A DNA stretch of 64,000 nucleotides from an uncultured Verrucomicrobiae bacterium (lineage in GTDB: Bacteria > Verrucomicrobiota > Verrucomicrobiia > Chthoniobacterales > Terrimicrobiaceae): positions 160,001 through 224,000 of the forward strand of contig CAVPOC010000008.1 of the NCBI GenBank assembly GCA_963706955.1. The letters are read 5' to 3'. Below are positions 48,929-59,560 of this stretch, piece by piece. Both the position numbers and the translations under genes were made by a program. Below the pieces are notes generated by a model. It searched no databases. It saw only the letters and a list, made by a program, of their open reading frames with translations, and was not told the origin of the DNA. How positions within the stretch are numbered: the stretch's first letter is position 1; each line of letters begins with the position of its first letter.

Positions 48929-50320
48929 GTGCTCATTTTTGCCAAGCGTTTTCTTTTTATCGCCGCCGGTGTCATCGCATTGGCTGCGCTCGTTCTCCTC
49001 TGCATCAATCTCTATTTGCAATCCGGTGGCGTTCAGCAGCGCATCCGTGACTCTGCCCAACGCGCGCTTGGCGGGGAAGTCAATATCCGGAGCAGCATGT
49101 ATTTGCCTTGGAGCGGCTTTGTCATTCGGGGTATCACCGTCCCCGATCCGACAAATGCCAACATCAACTTCGCCGAGGTTGAGGCTCTGCGCATTCGCTT
49201 TGCGCTTCGTCCATTGATAGAGGGACGATTCGTAATCACCGAATGCACGGTGTTCCAGCCGAAGCTGGTTGTTCGCCAGATGGAAAATGGCGAATGGGTC
49301 ATTCCGTTGGGCCGCGAGCGCGTCGAGTTGGCAGAGGTGCCCAAGGAAGCGCCAACGACGTCCAAAAAAGGCGTCTCCTTCAAGACCGAGCTGCAAAACA
49401 TGCGGCTTCGTGGCGGAAGCATCGTCTTTCTCAATGCAAAAAACCGCGCGATCGTCAGCCTTGATAAGACAGACATCAGCGCGAAGATCGCCCCCGATCG
49501 TTCTGCCACTGGCACATTCGAGATCGGAAGGTCGGACTTCTTCGGCTCGCTCAAGCCGCGAAAGATCGGCGGCCCCTTCACCTGGGACGGAAACAATCTG
49601 AACTTTCCGGACATCCAGGGGTCGCTTGCCGGAGGCAAGCTGACGGGCAACTACCATATGCAAACTCGCGAGCAGCCCAGCTTCACCCTTGCCTTGCAAC
49701 TCTCAGGGGTCCTTCTGAGGAAGCTGGCAGAGGATGCACAGGTCGAACCAGGAAAGACGGAGGGCTCTCTCCAAGGCTCGCTCGACATGAACGGTGACCC
49801 GCGCGACAGTGCCTCCCTGAACGGGGTCGGGCACTTCGAGCTTGTCTCTGCGCAGCTCAAGCCGGTCGAGTTTTTGGTCAAGCTGGGCGAGTTGCTCCAG
49901 ATCGACGAACTTCAATTGCTTAAACTAAGTGATGCACGAATCAATGCGACCATCCAAGATGAGCGCGTGCACATTGACGATGTCACTTTAAAGTCGGACA
50001 ATCTCATTCTGCAGGGCACGGGGCCGGTGCGTTTTAATGGAAAAATGAACCTGAATGCGAGTTTGATGGTCAATCGCAAGCTTCAGCAACAGCTCAAGGG
50101 AGTGCTCAGCAGGAACTTCGTCGATTCGGAAGACCCTGAGTATCGGGAGCTTCCCTTCACGGTCACGGGCCGGGTTGACAATCCAAAAACTGACCTGATC
50201 GACAAGTTGGTCGGCGCCAAGGTGGGACAAGAGGTTGGCGGAATGTTGATGAACATATTACGCCCGAGCGCCTCGCCCAAGCCTGATAACACGAAAGAAC
50301 CGGCCACACAGGGAAACTGA
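48929..50320 (+). CDS. AsmA-like protein
   Basis: N-terminal TM, beta-rich body, C-terminal LPFTVTGRVDNP. Confidence 0.75.
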   Translation: MLIFAKRFLFIAAGVIALAALVLLCINLYLQSGGVQQRIRDSAQRALGGEVNIRSSMYLPWSGFVIRGITVPDPTNANINFAEVEALRIRFALRPLIEGRFVITECTVFQPKLVVRQMENGEWVIPLGRERVELAEVPKEAPTTSKKGVSFKTELQNMRLRGGSIVFLNAKNRAIVSLDKTDISAKIAPDRSATGTFEIGRSDFFGSLKPRKIGGPFTWDGNNLNFPDIQGSLAGGKLTGNYHMQTREQPSFTLALQLSGVLLRKLAEDAQVEPGKTEGSLQGSLDMNGDPRDSASLNGVGHFELVSAQLKPVEFLVKLGELLQIDELQLLKLSDARINATIQDERVHIDDVTLKSDNLILQGTGPVRFNGKMNLNASLMVNRKLQQQLKGVLSRNFVDSEDPEYRELPFTVTGRVDNPKTDLIDKLVGAKVGQEVGGMLMNILRPSASPKPDNTKEPATQGN

Positions 50321-50325
50321 ATCTG

Positions 50326-50880
50326 ATGCGCGTTATTGCCGGCGAAGCTCGCGGCCTGCACCTCAGCGCGCCCTCTCCGGCCATTCGTCCGACGATGGAT
50401 CGGGTGCGCGAAGCGATTTTTTCGAGCCTGGGCGAGGTTGTCGCGGATGCCCGGGTGCTCGACCTCTTTGCCGGTTCGGGTGCTCTTGGGATTGAGGCTT
50501 TGAGTCGCGGTGCGGCGTCCGCCATTTTCGTGGATGCAAACCCACGGTGTGCAGCATGCGTGCGTGAGAATCTTCGCCGGGCCAAGCTTGACGGTTCTGT
50601 CCAGGTGATGGATGCGCTGAAATTCGTCGAGCTCTATGCGGAGCCTGGTGGCTATGACTTGATCTTCGCCGATCCACCCTATGGAACGTCCGGAGCCCAC
50701 CGCGATTTTGGGAACGAGCTCCTTCGACTTCCTGCGCTCGCGCGCGCTCTCGGGGAAAATGGCATCTTCATCCTGGAACGGCTCGCCGGCAGTATCGAAC
50801 CTGAAATAGGATCCCTTTCACTTGTCCGTCTCCGCCGTTATGGCCAAACTGAGATCGCGTATTACACCCCGCTTGAATGA
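50326..50880 (+). CDS. rsmD: 16S rRNA m2G966 methyltransferase
   Basis: MRVIAG, RPTMDRVREAIF, LDLFAGSG, DPPY. Confidence 0.95.
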   Translation: MRVIAGEARGLHLSAPSPAIRPTMDRVREAIFSSLGEVVADARVLDLFAGSGALGIEALSRGAASAIFVDANPRCAACVRENLRRAKLDGSVQVMDALKFVELYAEPGGYDLIFADPPYGTSGAHRDFGNELLRLPALARALGENGIFILERLAGSIEPEIGSLSLVRLRRYGQTEIAYYTPLE

Positions 50881-52205
50881 CTGCGGTTCGCATCCTTTAT
50901 AATCTCGCCTTTCCGTTCGTGCTGATCGCTCTGCTGCCGAGCTTTCTCTTTCGCATGCTGAAGCGAGGAAAATACCGGCACAAATTTGGACAGCGGTTCG
51001 CAATTTATTCATCGCGCGTTCGCCGGAAGCTGTCGCGTGGAGGCTGGACTTGGGTGCATGCAGTCAGCGTCGGAGAAGTTTTGATTGCCTTGAAGCTTAT
51101 TCGGGAAATGAGGACCCGTGATCCCCAAGTTCCGGTGGTGCTCTCGACAACCACATCGACCGGATACGCATTGGCGAGCAAGGAAACCGGGGACTATCTG
51201 GAAGTCATCTACAATCCGCTTGATTTTTTTTGGACGGCTCGGCGCGCGGTCCGTCTGATTCGGCCGCGCAAACTAATTCTCGTGGAGGCCGAGGTCTGGC
51301 CAAACCTGACGGCCGAGGCCAGAGCGCGGGGGGCCATCCTGGCTCTCGTCAATGCGCGGCTCTCCGTTCGTTCAGAATCCAGATACCGAGCCATTCGGCC
51401 GCTGGCGAAGCCGATCTTCAACCAGCTCGATCTTCTTTGCGTCCAAGAACCGGCCGAGGCGCGACGTTGGCGACGTTTGGGTGTAGAAACTCGAAAAATC
51501 CTCTGCACCGGCAGCATCAAGTTTGATGACCAGACGGAGGACCGGCGGGCCTCGCAAGATTTTCGAAACATTCTCGCGAACTTGGGTGTGGAAGAATCTG
51601 CTCCGGTTCTCCTCGCGGGAAGCACGCATGCAAGGGAGGAGTCCGTGCTCGGCGAAATCGTGATGCGACTGAGGCGTGAATTCCCGAATCTTTTCTATGT
51701 GGTTGTTCCGAGGCACGCCGAACGTTGGAAAGAAGTTCGAGAAGAACTCGAGAAGATCGGGCTGAGAGTAGCGCTGCGTGCCCACGATAACTCCAGCGCG
51801 GGCAACCCTGACACCTTGCTGGTCAATACCACCGGTGAATTGCGCGACTGGTACGATCAAGCTACCCTTGTTTTCATTGGCAAGAGTTTGACTGCCCACG
51901 GGGGACAGAATCCGGCCGAAGCCGTCGCCGCCGGCAAGCCAGTGATCTTCGGTCCAAACATGGAAAACTTCGCTTCGCTGGCTGCACAATTGGTTCGCGA
52001 GGGTGGCGCCTTGCAGGTGGCCGACGCAACGGAACTCGAAGAGGAGTTAGCCAGACTTCTTCCGGACAGTCAGACACGCCGCCAGCTTGCGGCAAACGCC
52101 GCCCGGTGTCTGCAGGGGCACTCTGGAGCGACGGCTCGAACCTGCGACGCCCTGGAAAGGCTTGAAGCGTCACGGTCGCGACCGCAGCTCAATTCGGTAG
52201 CATAA
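50877..52205 (+). CDS. waaA: Kdo transferase
   Basis: WVHAVSVGE, EAEVWPN, AGSTH, PRHAER, GGQNPAE. Confidence 0.95.
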   Translation: MTAVRILYNLAFPFVLIALLPSFLFRMLKRGKYRHKFGQRFAIYSSRVRRKLSRGGWTWVHAVSVGEVLIALKLIREMRTRDPQVPVVLSTTTSTGYALASKETGDYLEVIYNPLDFFWTARRAVRLIRPRKLILVEAEVWPNLTAEARARGAILALVNARLSVRSESRYRAIRPLAKPIFNQLDLLCVQEPAEARRWRRLGVETRKILCTGSIKFDDQTEDRRASQDFRNILANLGVEESAPVLLAGSTHAREESVLGEIVMRLRREFPNLFYVVVPRHAERWKEVREELEKIGLRVALRAHDNSSAGNPDTLLVNTTGELRDWYDQATLVFIGKSLTAHGGQNPAEAVAAGKPVIFGPNMENFASLAAQLVREGGALQVADATELEEELARLLPDSQTRRQLAANAARCLQGHSGATARTCDALERLEASRSRPQLNSVA

Positions 52206-52284
52206 GCATCGGATCACCGAGTGTAGTCCGATGCCGCAGGCTCTACGCGCCAGCGTTGCGCGGATCTCATCCGCGAGCGGCATT

Positions 52285-52343
52285 CTGTAGCGCCGATGTC
52301 CCCATCGGCGAGGGCATCGGCGGTGGGGACACCGCCGCGACAG
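52285..52343. repeat. Inverted REP doublet (REPIN-like)
   Basis: TGTAGCGCCGATGTCCCCATCGGCG ... CGGCGGTGGGGACACCGCCGCGACA. Confidence 0.75.
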
Positions 52344-52351
52344 GCTCGCGC

Positions 52352-53809
52352 CTAAGAACTAAGCTTCTTCTGGAGGATCTCGCCGGCGACCTGAGGGTTG
52401 GCTTTCCCCTTCGATAGTTTCATCACCTGGCCCTTGAGAAAGTTAAGGGCCGCGACCTTCCCAGCCTTGAAATCCGCCGCAGGTCCGGGGTGGGCTTTGA
52501 TGACTTCATCGGCCAACGCCTCGATGGCTGAGGTGTCGCTCATCTGCTCAAGACCCTTTTCCTTCACAATTTCAGTCGCTCTCCGACCACTCGCGAACAT
52601 TTCCGCAAAAACTTCCTTGCCTTGCTTCGAGTTGATTTTTCCCTCGTCAATCAAGTTTACCAGTTCATCGAATGCCACCGGGGTGACCGGACATTCGAGA
52701 ATGGTCTTGCCTGCTGCGACGAGGGCACTTTGGAGATCGTTAAGAATCCAGTTGGCGATGCTCTTCGGCTTTCTCGCGCCAGCGGCGGCACTCTCGAAGT
52801 AGCTCGCGGTCGCGAGATTGCTCGCCAGAACAGCGGCGTCGTATTCGGTGACACCAAAGTCCGAAACATAGCGCGCCCGTTTCTCCCAAGGAAGTTCAGG
52901 CTTCTGACGCCGGGCTGCCTCGAGAATTGTGGCCGTCTTCACGGGCAGTAGATCCGGATCAGGAAAATAGCGATAGTCGTGGGCGCTCTCCTTCACGCGC
53001 ATCAATTGGGTCTCGCCGCGCACATCGTCCCACCGGCGGGTCTCTTGCTCGAGCGTGCCTCCTGCGTCGAGAACGTCGATCTGACGGTCGATCTCGAAAG
53101 CTAAGGCGCGCCGCACACCGGAAATGGAGTTCAAATTCTTCAGTTCGATTTTGGTCCCCCACTTTTCGATTTCCGACGGACGAACCGAGACATTGACGTC
53201 ACAGCGAAGCTGTCCCTTTTCCATGTCGGCATCGCTGATCCCGCCGTAGACGACCAATTGCTGGAGGACGCTGAGATACGCAAAAGCTTCGTCAGGACCG
53301 GCGATGTCAGGCTCGCTGACGATTTCGAGGAGCGGTGTTCCGGCGCGATTGAAATCGATGCCGGTCGAGTTTTCCATGTGGAAGCTCTTGGCGACGTCTT
53401 CCTCGAGATGGATTCGCACGAGGCGGATCTGCTTGTCCTTCGTGGCGATCGATTTTTGGGCATCCTTGGGATAAGCGAGGTCGTGCAGCGGAACAACCCC
53501 GCCCAAGCAAAACGGCAGATCGTATTGGCTGATCTGGTAGTTCTTGGGCATATCCGGATAGAAGTAATTTTTGCGGTCGAATTTACACACTTCGGGGATA
53601 TCGCAACCGAGCATCAGCCCGGCCAACGCGGTCAGACGCAGGGCCTCTTCGTTCATAACCGGGAGAGCGCCCGGAAGACCGAGACAGACAGGACAGACGT
53701 TAATATTCGGCTCGGCGCCATGTTCCACTGCACAGCCGCAGAACATTTTTGTCCGCGTCTTCAGCTGCACGTGAACTTCCAGACCGATCGTGGCGATGTA
53801 TTTCGACAT
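52352..53809 (-). CDS. gatB: Asp/Glu-tRNA amidotransferase subunit B
   Basis: IGLEVHVQL, FDRKNYFYPD, DFNRAGTPL, YRYFPDPDL. Confidence 0.98.
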   Translation of the reverse strand: MSKYIATIGLEVHVQLKTRTKMFCGCAVEHGAEPNINVCPVCLGLPGALPVMNEEALRLTALAGLMLGCDIPEVCKFDRKNYFYPDMPKNYQISQYDLPFCLGGVVPLHDLAYPKDAQKSIATKDKQIRLVRIHLEEDVAKSFHMENSTGIDFNRAGTPLLEIVSEPDIAGPDEAFAYLSVLQQLVVYGGISDADMEKGQLRCDVNVSVRPSEIEKWGTKIELKNLNSISGVRRALAFEIDRQIDVLDAGGTLEQETRRWDDVRGETQLMRVKESAHDYRYFPDPDLLPVKTATILEAARRQKPELPWEKRARYVSDFGVTEYDAAVLASNLATASYFESAAAGARKPKSIANWILNDLQSALVAAGKTILECPVTPVAFDELVNLIDEGKINSKQGKEVFAEMFASGRRATEIVKEKGLEQMSDTSAIEALADEVIKAHPGPAADFKAGKVAALNFLKGQVMKLSKGKANPQVAGEILQKKLSS

Positions 53810-53813
53810 GGGT

Positions 53814-54701
53814 TTACCGCGGTTTCTTTGGCGACCGGGATGGCGAGGGTGACGGAGAAGGTTGTGGAGATTCCAGCGCGAATTTCAATGCGGCGGAGAG
53901 ATCGACTTTTTTGAGTTGCTCAGCAACGACGGGATCTTTCAAGGCAGCGGCAACGGCTTGATTGTTGAAAAGCTCTAAAACGTTCTTCTCTTGCCAGGCT
54001 CGGATCAAATCCGGATCATTAACGAGGTTGGCGACGCGGGGATTCTGCAAGACCTCCTGAATGCTAGGATATTCGAGAAACCGCCGCATTTTTTCCTGAT
54101 CACTGATCAAGGCTCCGATCTGCGCGGCGAGCCGGTGAAACTGCGGAGGCAAGGGGTCGGCCGATGCGAGAAGCGGCCCCACCGGGCCGAGTTCGAGCGA
54201 TTTCTTAAGCTGGACCAAGCCAGCCGTCAGTCTGGCTTGGAAATCAGGGGCTTCGGCCAGTTTCCTGTCTTCCACTCGAGATTCAAGCAAGGCACCGAGG
54301 CTACGCACGATGGAAATGCTCCCCAGAAGAAGTGCCAACCCGAACAAAAAGCCGAAAAGCGCACCCCCCACCCGCCAAATGAAACTAAGCGGTCCAAAGG
54401 CATAATGCTCAGTCTGTTTGAAGGTCAATGCTCCGACCAACCAGATCGCGAAGAACAAAAACAGCCCCAGGCCACCTCCCACGACCACACCCACGACAAA
54501 TCCCGGAAGATAGCGAAGGCCCCCGAAGGGCGCTGCGGCAAGTTCCGCCGCCAGAGAGCCCAGCACGAAGCACAGGAGAATTGCGGCCAGGTTTACTCCG
54601 CTGCGGAAGAGTCCGGCGCGCCATCCGCGCCAGGTCTGCCAGACGAGAAAAACCAGGCCGACACAGAGGAAGACCGTTTGCCAGAAGGGTGATCCGCCCA
54701 T
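53814..54701 (-). CDS. CvpA family membrane protein
   Basis: WRGWRAGLFR and RVGGALFG helices. Confidence 0.7.
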   Translation of the reverse strand: MGGSPFWQTVFLCVGLVFLVWQTWRGWRAGLFRSGVNLAAILLCFVLGSLAAELAAAPFGGLRYLPGFVVGVVVGGGLGLFLFFAIWLVGALTFKQTEHYAFGPLSFIWRVGGALFGFLFGLALLLGSISIVRSLGALLESRVEDRKLAEAPDFQARLTAGLVQLKKSLELGPVGPLLASADPLPPQFHRLAAQIGALISDQEKMRRFLEYPSIQEVLQNPRVANLVNDPDLIRAWQEKNVLELFNNQAVAAALKDPVVAEQLKKVDLSAALKFALESPQPSPSPSPSRSPKKPR

Positions 54702-54704
54702 GAG

Positions 54705-55796
54705 TTACCGGGGCAGGCAGTCCTGTGCGCGCTGGCGCAAGGCGTGATCACAGAGCACCAGAGCCGCCATGGCCTCAACCATGGGCACCGCACGCGGGAG
54801 GACGCACGGGTCGTGGCGCCCTCTGGCGGCGAGCTCGGCGTTTTCTCCGGACACAGTGACGGTTTGCTGAGGTTTGGCGATAGTAGCGGTCGGCTTGAAG
54901 GCGATGCGAAAGACCAGCGGCTCTCCATTGCTGATACCCCCCTGGATTCCGCCTGAAAAATTCGTCAACGTTCGCACTTGCGTTCCCTTCATGCGAAAAG
55001 CGTCGTTGTGCTCGGAGCCTTTCCATCGGGATCCCGCAAATCCCGAGCCTATTTCAAAGCCCTTGGTTGCGGGAAGGCTAAGCATCGCCTTGGCCAGGTC
55101 CGCTTCCAGCTTATCAAAAACCGGCTCGCCCAAGCCGGGTGGCGCCCGCCGAATCACACCCTCGAGCACGCCACCGACAGAGTCTCCCTCGCTCCGAACC
55201 TGTTTGATCCGCTCGATCATCTTGGTCGCCGCGACGGTATCCGGACAGCGGACGACATTGGCTTCGACTTCGCGGGAGGTCACGGTTTCCGGATTCACCT
55301 CGGCTTCGATATCGTGAATCGACGTCACATAGGCTAAAATCTCGATCCCCGGGAAGAGATTGTTGAGGAGCTTTTTGGCCACGGCGCCGGCGGCGACCCG
55401 ACCGATCGTTTCACGCGCCGATGCGCGCCCGCCTCCCTGCCAGTTTCGTATGCCATATTTCGCCTGATAGGTGAAATCGGCATGCGATGGTCGATACATG
55501 GTTTCCATTTCCTTATAGGCCTCGGGGCGGGCATCGGTATTTTGAACCATGATCGAGATTGGAGTGCCCAGGGTTAATCCCTGAAAGACGCCCGAAAGAA
55601 TTCGACACACATCTTCTTCCTTTCGGGGCGTGACAATATCGCTTTGTCCCGGCCGCCGGCGGTCGAGATCGGGCTGGATGTCCTGCTCCGAAAGCGCCAG
55701 GCGCGGAGGACACCCATCGATCACCACTCCCACCCCGCCTCCGTGAGACTCACCCCAGGTGGCGATGCGAAACACCTCTCCAAAGAAACTAGCCAT
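54705..55796 (-). CDS. aroC: Chorismate synthase
   Basis: [36 protein letters not shown]. Confidence 0.98.
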   Translation of the reverse strand: MASFFGEVFRIATWGESHGGGVGVVIDGCPPRLALSEQDIQPDLDRRRPGQSDIVTPRKEEDVCRILSGVFQGLTLGTPISIMVQNTDARPEAYKEMETMYRPSHADFTYQAKYGIRNWQGGGRASARETIGRVAAGAVAKKLLNNLFPGIEILAYVTSIHDIEAEVNPETVTSREVEANVVRCPDTVAATKMIERIKQVRSEGDSVGGVLEGVIRRAPPGLGEPVFDKLEADLAKAMLSLPATKGFEIGSGFAGSRWKGSEHNDAFRMKGTQVRTLTNFSGGIQGGISNGEPLVFRIAFKPTATIAKPQQTVTVSGENAELAARGRHDPCVLPRAVPMVEAMAALVLCDHALRQRAQDCLPR

Positions 55797-55960
55797 GTCG
55801 CAAGACCAATACGAGTTCGCCACAGGAGGTGACAGGAGAAAAATTATCTGTCATCAGCGCATGCGGCGTCCAGAATTATTAAATTCACTACCATGACTCG
55901 CCTCCTTTACCGGGAGGTGCTCATTATTTCCGAAGCTGTCAAATAATCTCGTTGGGAGCA

Positions 55961-56272
55961 TTGAATCGCGCCTTCGGCGCTGCCTAATTGTATGGATTGG
56001 CGTTTCCTGGGGCGTTGCCCCAGGCTGACATTGAGTAGCGCCTGTGGCGCTAGACTGAAAGAGGGCATACAACCGTAGGCGGCGTTAGTCGTCGTCGCAA
56101 GACCTGCCCTTGATCGGCCAACGACCTGCCGATTGAGCGCCAATCGCGCGGCGTCATACCAGCCTCGGGCGGCGCCCGAAAATCCCGTGCACGGACAATC
56201 GCAGAGCGCTGGAAGCGCGACGCAGCAATTTCCTTCAGCCCAAGCTGAAGCTGAGTGGCGCCTGTGGCGCTA
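55961..56272. repeat. Cluster of compound palindromic repeats
   Basis: Unit GCGCCTTCGGCGC...CCTGGGGCGTTGCCCCAGGCTG...AGCGCCTGTGGCGCTA (55961-56052), a degenerate inverted copy (~56135-56222) and a partial direct copy (~56245-56272). Confidence 0.6.
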
Positions 56273-56414
56273 GGCTCCCATATAGGGGTCCAAATCGTCG
56301 CTAAGTGCGTGCTGAGTACAGGGTGCAAAATTCGAGACCTGTGGAGGCGCTTGTGCCAAGCGCCCATCGATTTGCCGCGCGTTTGAAACAAGCGCCCCTG
56401 ATAAACAAACTCCC

Positions 56415-56487
56415 TGTCCCCAGGTGGAGTCGAACCACCATCTGAGCTTTAGGAGAGCCCTGCTCTATCCGCTTGAGCTATGAGGAC
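56415..56487 (-). tRNA. tRNA-Arg (anticodon CCT)
   Basis: GTCCTCA acceptor stem pairing with TGGGGAC, D arm GCTCAAGCGGATAGAGC, anticodon loop CTCCTAA, T loop GTTCGAC; CCA not encoded. Confidence 0.95.
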
Positions 56488-56510
56488 GTGGGCTGGCCGA
56501 GCGACAAAGC

Positions 56511-56897
56511 TTAGTCGAGCACGGCCACGCATTCAATCTCGACATCAAACCCCAAGAGCTGCGCGCCGATGGTCGCCCGCGCGGGCTTCGACTCGCCAAA
56601 GTAACGCACGTAAACTTCGTTCATTTCCTTGAAAGTCTCGCGTGTCAGACTCGACAAGTAGACTCTGCAACTGACGACATCGTCAAGCGATGCACCTCCC
56701 GCGGCGAGAACGTTTTTCATATTCTCCAAAACCAATTGCGTCTGTTGCGAGATGCTGCCGGATTCAATCTTGCCGGTCGCAGGGTCATAGGGCGTCATTC
56801 CGGAAACGAAGAGGAATTTCCCGCTGGCAGCGACCGCCAGCGAATACGGCCCCAGAGCGGGTGGAGACCCAGGAAAGGCAGCGAGAGGACTCTTCAC
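56511..56897 (-). CDS. RidA/YjgF family protein
   Basis: GPYSLAV, FVSG, MNEVY, PARATI, VEIECVA; AGGAGG RBS and GTGA overlap with the upstream gene. Confidence 0.9.
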   Translation of the reverse strand: MKSPLAAFPGSPPALGPYSLAVAASGKFLFVSGMTPYDPATGKIESGSISQQTQLVLENMKNVLAAGGASLDDVVSCRVYLSSLTRETFKEMNEVYVRYFGESKPARATIGAQLLGFDVEIECVAVLD

Positions 56898-57601
56898 GAC
56901 CTCCTTGTATCTACGCCTTTCAAAAGCGCAACTTCCCGCTTCCCGAGAGCTCGCCACTCTCCCGGTTGAAGCGTCCCTATCTTTAAATCGCCGATGCGCG
57001 TCCGGATGAGCCGCTTCACTTCGTAACCCAGTTTGAGGAACATTAGGCGGATTTGACGCTTGATTCCCTGGCGGAGAATGACCTTGACCACGGAGGGGGC
57101 AACGATCTGAACTCGCTCGATCCTGGCACGCCCCCCTTCGATGACGAAGCCGCGCAAGAGCTTTGGAATTTGTTGGGCCTCGAACGGCCTATCGAGAAGC
57201 ACTTCATACTCTTTTTCCACTTCGTGCGCCGGGTGCGTCAGACGATGGGAAAGTGCACCGTCGTTGGTAAGGAGGATTAAACCTTCGCTTTCCTTGTCGA
57301 GCCGTCCAACGTGGAAGAGGCGGCCAAGATGTGCTGGAACGAGGTCAAAGATGGTTCGACGTCCACGTTCGTCGGACCGTGTGCAGACAACCCCTTTCGG
57401 TTTAAGCAAGAGGACGTAAACCGGCACGACCGGTCGCAGTGGAGGCTTTCCCGCGACGCGGACTTCGTCTCCGGGATTCACCACCGTGGCCAAGTCGCGA
57501 ATGAAATGACCATTGATCGAAATCTTGCCCTCTCTGATGAGGGCCTCGCAGGCGCGCCGTGATCCAAGACCGGAGGCGGCGAGAAACCGATTCAAGCGCA
57601 T
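56894..57601 (-). CDS. rRNA pseudouridine synthase (RsuA/RluB family)
   Basis: S4 domain MRLNRFLA..G..SRR; VGRLDKESEGL. Confidence 0.95.
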   Translation of the reverse strand: MRLNRFLAASGLGSRRACEALIREGKISINGHFIRDLATVVNPGDEVRVAGKPPLRPVVPVYVLLLKPKGVVCTRSDERGRRTIFDLVPAHLGRLFHVGRLDKESEGLILLTNDGALSHRLTHPAHEVEKEYEVLLDRPFEAQQIPKLLRGFVIEGGRARIERVQIVAPSVVKVILRQGIKRQIRLMFLKLGYEVKRLIRTRIGDLKIGTLQPGEWRALGKREVALLKGVDTRRS

Positions 57602-57648
57602 TGGAGCACCGCGCAGGCGAGGGAAGCAACGGTGGCGCTACCTTGAGC

Positions 57649-57804
57649 TTACTCTTCCGGCTTTGTCTTGGGCAATCCAATCACTCGCTGGCCCTCTTTG
57701 AACTGCCCGCGCTTTTTCATAACCTCCACGCGCTCGAATCGCTTCAGCACGCTGCGCTTGGCTTTGATTGCGCCCTTGCCCTTCAGGCTTGGATGTTGAC
57801 TCAT
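57649..57804 (-). CDS. PVC small basic protein (TIGR04137-like)
   Basis: MSQHPSLK...RSVLKRFER...GLPK. Confidence 0.9.
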   Translation of the reverse strand: MSQHPSLKGKGAIKAKRSVLKRFERVEVMKKRGQFKEGQRVIGLPKTKPEE

Positions 57805-58071
57805 GGGGCGCAAAATCTGGATCAAATCGCCGGAAAAGCAACCCAAATCGCCAGCAGCGCTACCGACATCAAATCCAGACCGCTAACACTTGAGACACGC
57901 GCCTGCCTTAGCTTACGGTCCGCCGGCAAACCGCTGAGAGACGGCCGATTTTCAAAGTCCGAGAAGAGGTGACTGGAAATGTCCTATCGCCAGAGGACCA
58001 TTCGTCGTAATTCAAAGAACGACGCGGGGCTTACTCCACCGCAGGTTCTCTCAACGGAAAGGAACAAACAA

Positions 58072-58506
58072 ATGCGAGTGATGGTGATAGTCAAAGCGAC
58101 GAAGAATTCCGAGGCGGGCGTGATGCCGAGCGAGGAACTACTGACCGCGATGGGCAAATTCAACGAGGAGCTGGTAAAGGCGGGCGTCATGCTGGCTGGA
58201 GAAGGCCTTCACCCAAGCAGCAAGGGTAAGCGCGTGCGGTTCGCGGGCGGGAAAAAGAGCGTCATCAATGGTCCGTTCGCCGCGACCAATGAGCTCGTCG
58301 CCGGATTCTGGATTTGGCAGGTAAAATCGATGGAGGAAGCGATCGAGTGGGTGCGCCGTTGTCCAGACCCGATGCCCGGAGAGGAGGCGGAGATCGAGAT
58401 TCGCCCGTTCTTCGAAGCGGAGGATTTCGGCGCAGAGTTCACTCCGGAGTTGCGCGCACAAGAAGAGCGCCTCCGCGATCAAATCGAGCGGCAACAGGCA
58501 CCGTGA
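58072..58506 (+). CDS. YciI (DGPF) family protein
   Basis: GEGLHPSS, NGPFAATNELVAGFW, EIEIRP. Confidence 0.9.
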   Translation: MRVMVIVKATKNSEAGVMPSEELLTAMGKFNEELVKAGVMLAGEGLHPSSKGKRVRFAGGKKSVINGPFAATNELVAGFWIWQVKSMEEAIEWVRRCPDPMPGEEAEIEIRPFFEAEDFGAEFTPELRAQEERLRDQIERQQAP

Positions 58507-58530
58507 AGGCGGGGCTTCGTCGCGGGTCGT

Positions 58531-58555
58531 CGGCGGTGGGGACACCGCCGCTACA
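58531..58555. repeat. GTAG-type REP
   Basis: CGGCGGTGGGGACACCGCCGCTACA. Confidence 0.75.
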
Positions 58556-58565
58556 GCTACGACGA

Positions 58566-59108
58566 TTAGACGAGGCCGAGCTTCATGCGACCCTCTTCGC
58601 TGATCATCGATTGGTTCCAAGGAGGATCCCAGACCAGCTCTACCTCGGCATCATCAACTCCTTCAATTTCGAGGATCTTTTGCCGGGCATCGGCGGCGAT
58701 CGCCGGGCCCATGCCGCAGCCGGGTGCCGTCAAGGTCATCCGCACGAGCACGGAAGTTCCGCCCAACTCCGAAGAATTCACACGACAGTCGTAGATAAGG
58801 CCTAAATCGACGACGTTCACCGGGATTTCCGGGTCGAAGACAGTCTTAAGCTGCGTCCAAACCGCCTCCTCGGCAGTGCCCTCATGCTTTTTCGGTGCTT
58901 CGCTAGCCGTCAGCGAATCGAATCCGAGCGCGTCGCCATCCTTGAGCTCGATGCGCGCAAGCCCACCTGGCGTTGCCACAGTGTAAGTTCCACCGAGGGA
59001 TTGGGTGATAATCACGTTCATTCCTTCGGGAAGAACGATGGGATTTCCGCTTGGGATCTGGATCGCGTCGCAATCGCGCGTCAGCGAAATTTCGCGATGA
59101 TCATTCAT
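58566..59108 (-). CDS. sufT: Fe-S cluster assembly protein SufT (DUF59)
   Basis: ITQSLGGTYT; FDPEIPVNVVDLGLIY; TLTAPGCGMG; WDPPW. Confidence 0.92.
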   Translation of the reverse strand: MNDHREISLTRDCDAIQIPSGNPIVLPEGMNVIITQSLGGTYTVATPGGLARIELKDGDALGFDSLTASEAPKKHEGTAEEAVWTQLKTVFDPEIPVNVVDLGLIYDCRVNSSELGGTSVLVRMTLTAPGCGMGPAIAADARQKILEIEGVDDAEVELVWDPPWNQSMISEEGRMKLGLV

Positions 59109-59560
59109 GGTTGAAGCTTAATCTTGACGCTCTTTGGCGAAGCGAATTGATCGAGCAAGCTGGGGACGGTGGCAGGCGCAATCGCTTCTTCGCCTCCAAG
59201 CGCGTTTCGCAATGCGCCCTCAACGAGCTGGGCACAATGGATCTTCATCGGTGGCAGCTTGCCCAGCGGCGAAGCCAATTCCTCTCCAGACATAGCCAGG
59301 GCCTCAGCGGGGGTTTTGCCACGAATGAGCTCGGTGGCGACGCTGGCCACGGCGATGGCCGTCTGGCAGCCAAAAGCCTGGAAGGTGGCCTTATCGATGA
59401 CCTTGTGGCCATCTTCCTCTTTGAACTTCACCCACATTCGAAGCATATCGCCGCAGTTTTCACTGCCAACCGTGCCAATGGCATCAGCACCCGACATCTC
59501 TCCGACATTTTGCGGATCGTGCACCGCAGCCTGGATTTTGGCTTCAATATCGTCGCTCAT
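59105..59560 (-). CDS. IscU/NifU-N-like Fe-S scaffold
   Basis: PQNVG, CGD, FGCQTAIA, KIHC (three Cys). Confidence 0.9.
   Translation of the reverse strand: MSDDIEAKIQAAVHDPQNVGEMSGADAIGTVGSENCGDMLRMWVKFKEEDGHKVIDKATFQAFGCQTAIAVASVATELIRGKTPAEALAMSGEELASPLGKLPPMKIHCAQLVEGALRNALGGEEAIAPATVPSLLDQFASPKSVKIKLQP

Noticed and set aside
56415..56487. tRNA-Arg as an island attachment site
   Set aside because: No integrase and no duplicated tRNA 3' end seen; flanked by core genes.
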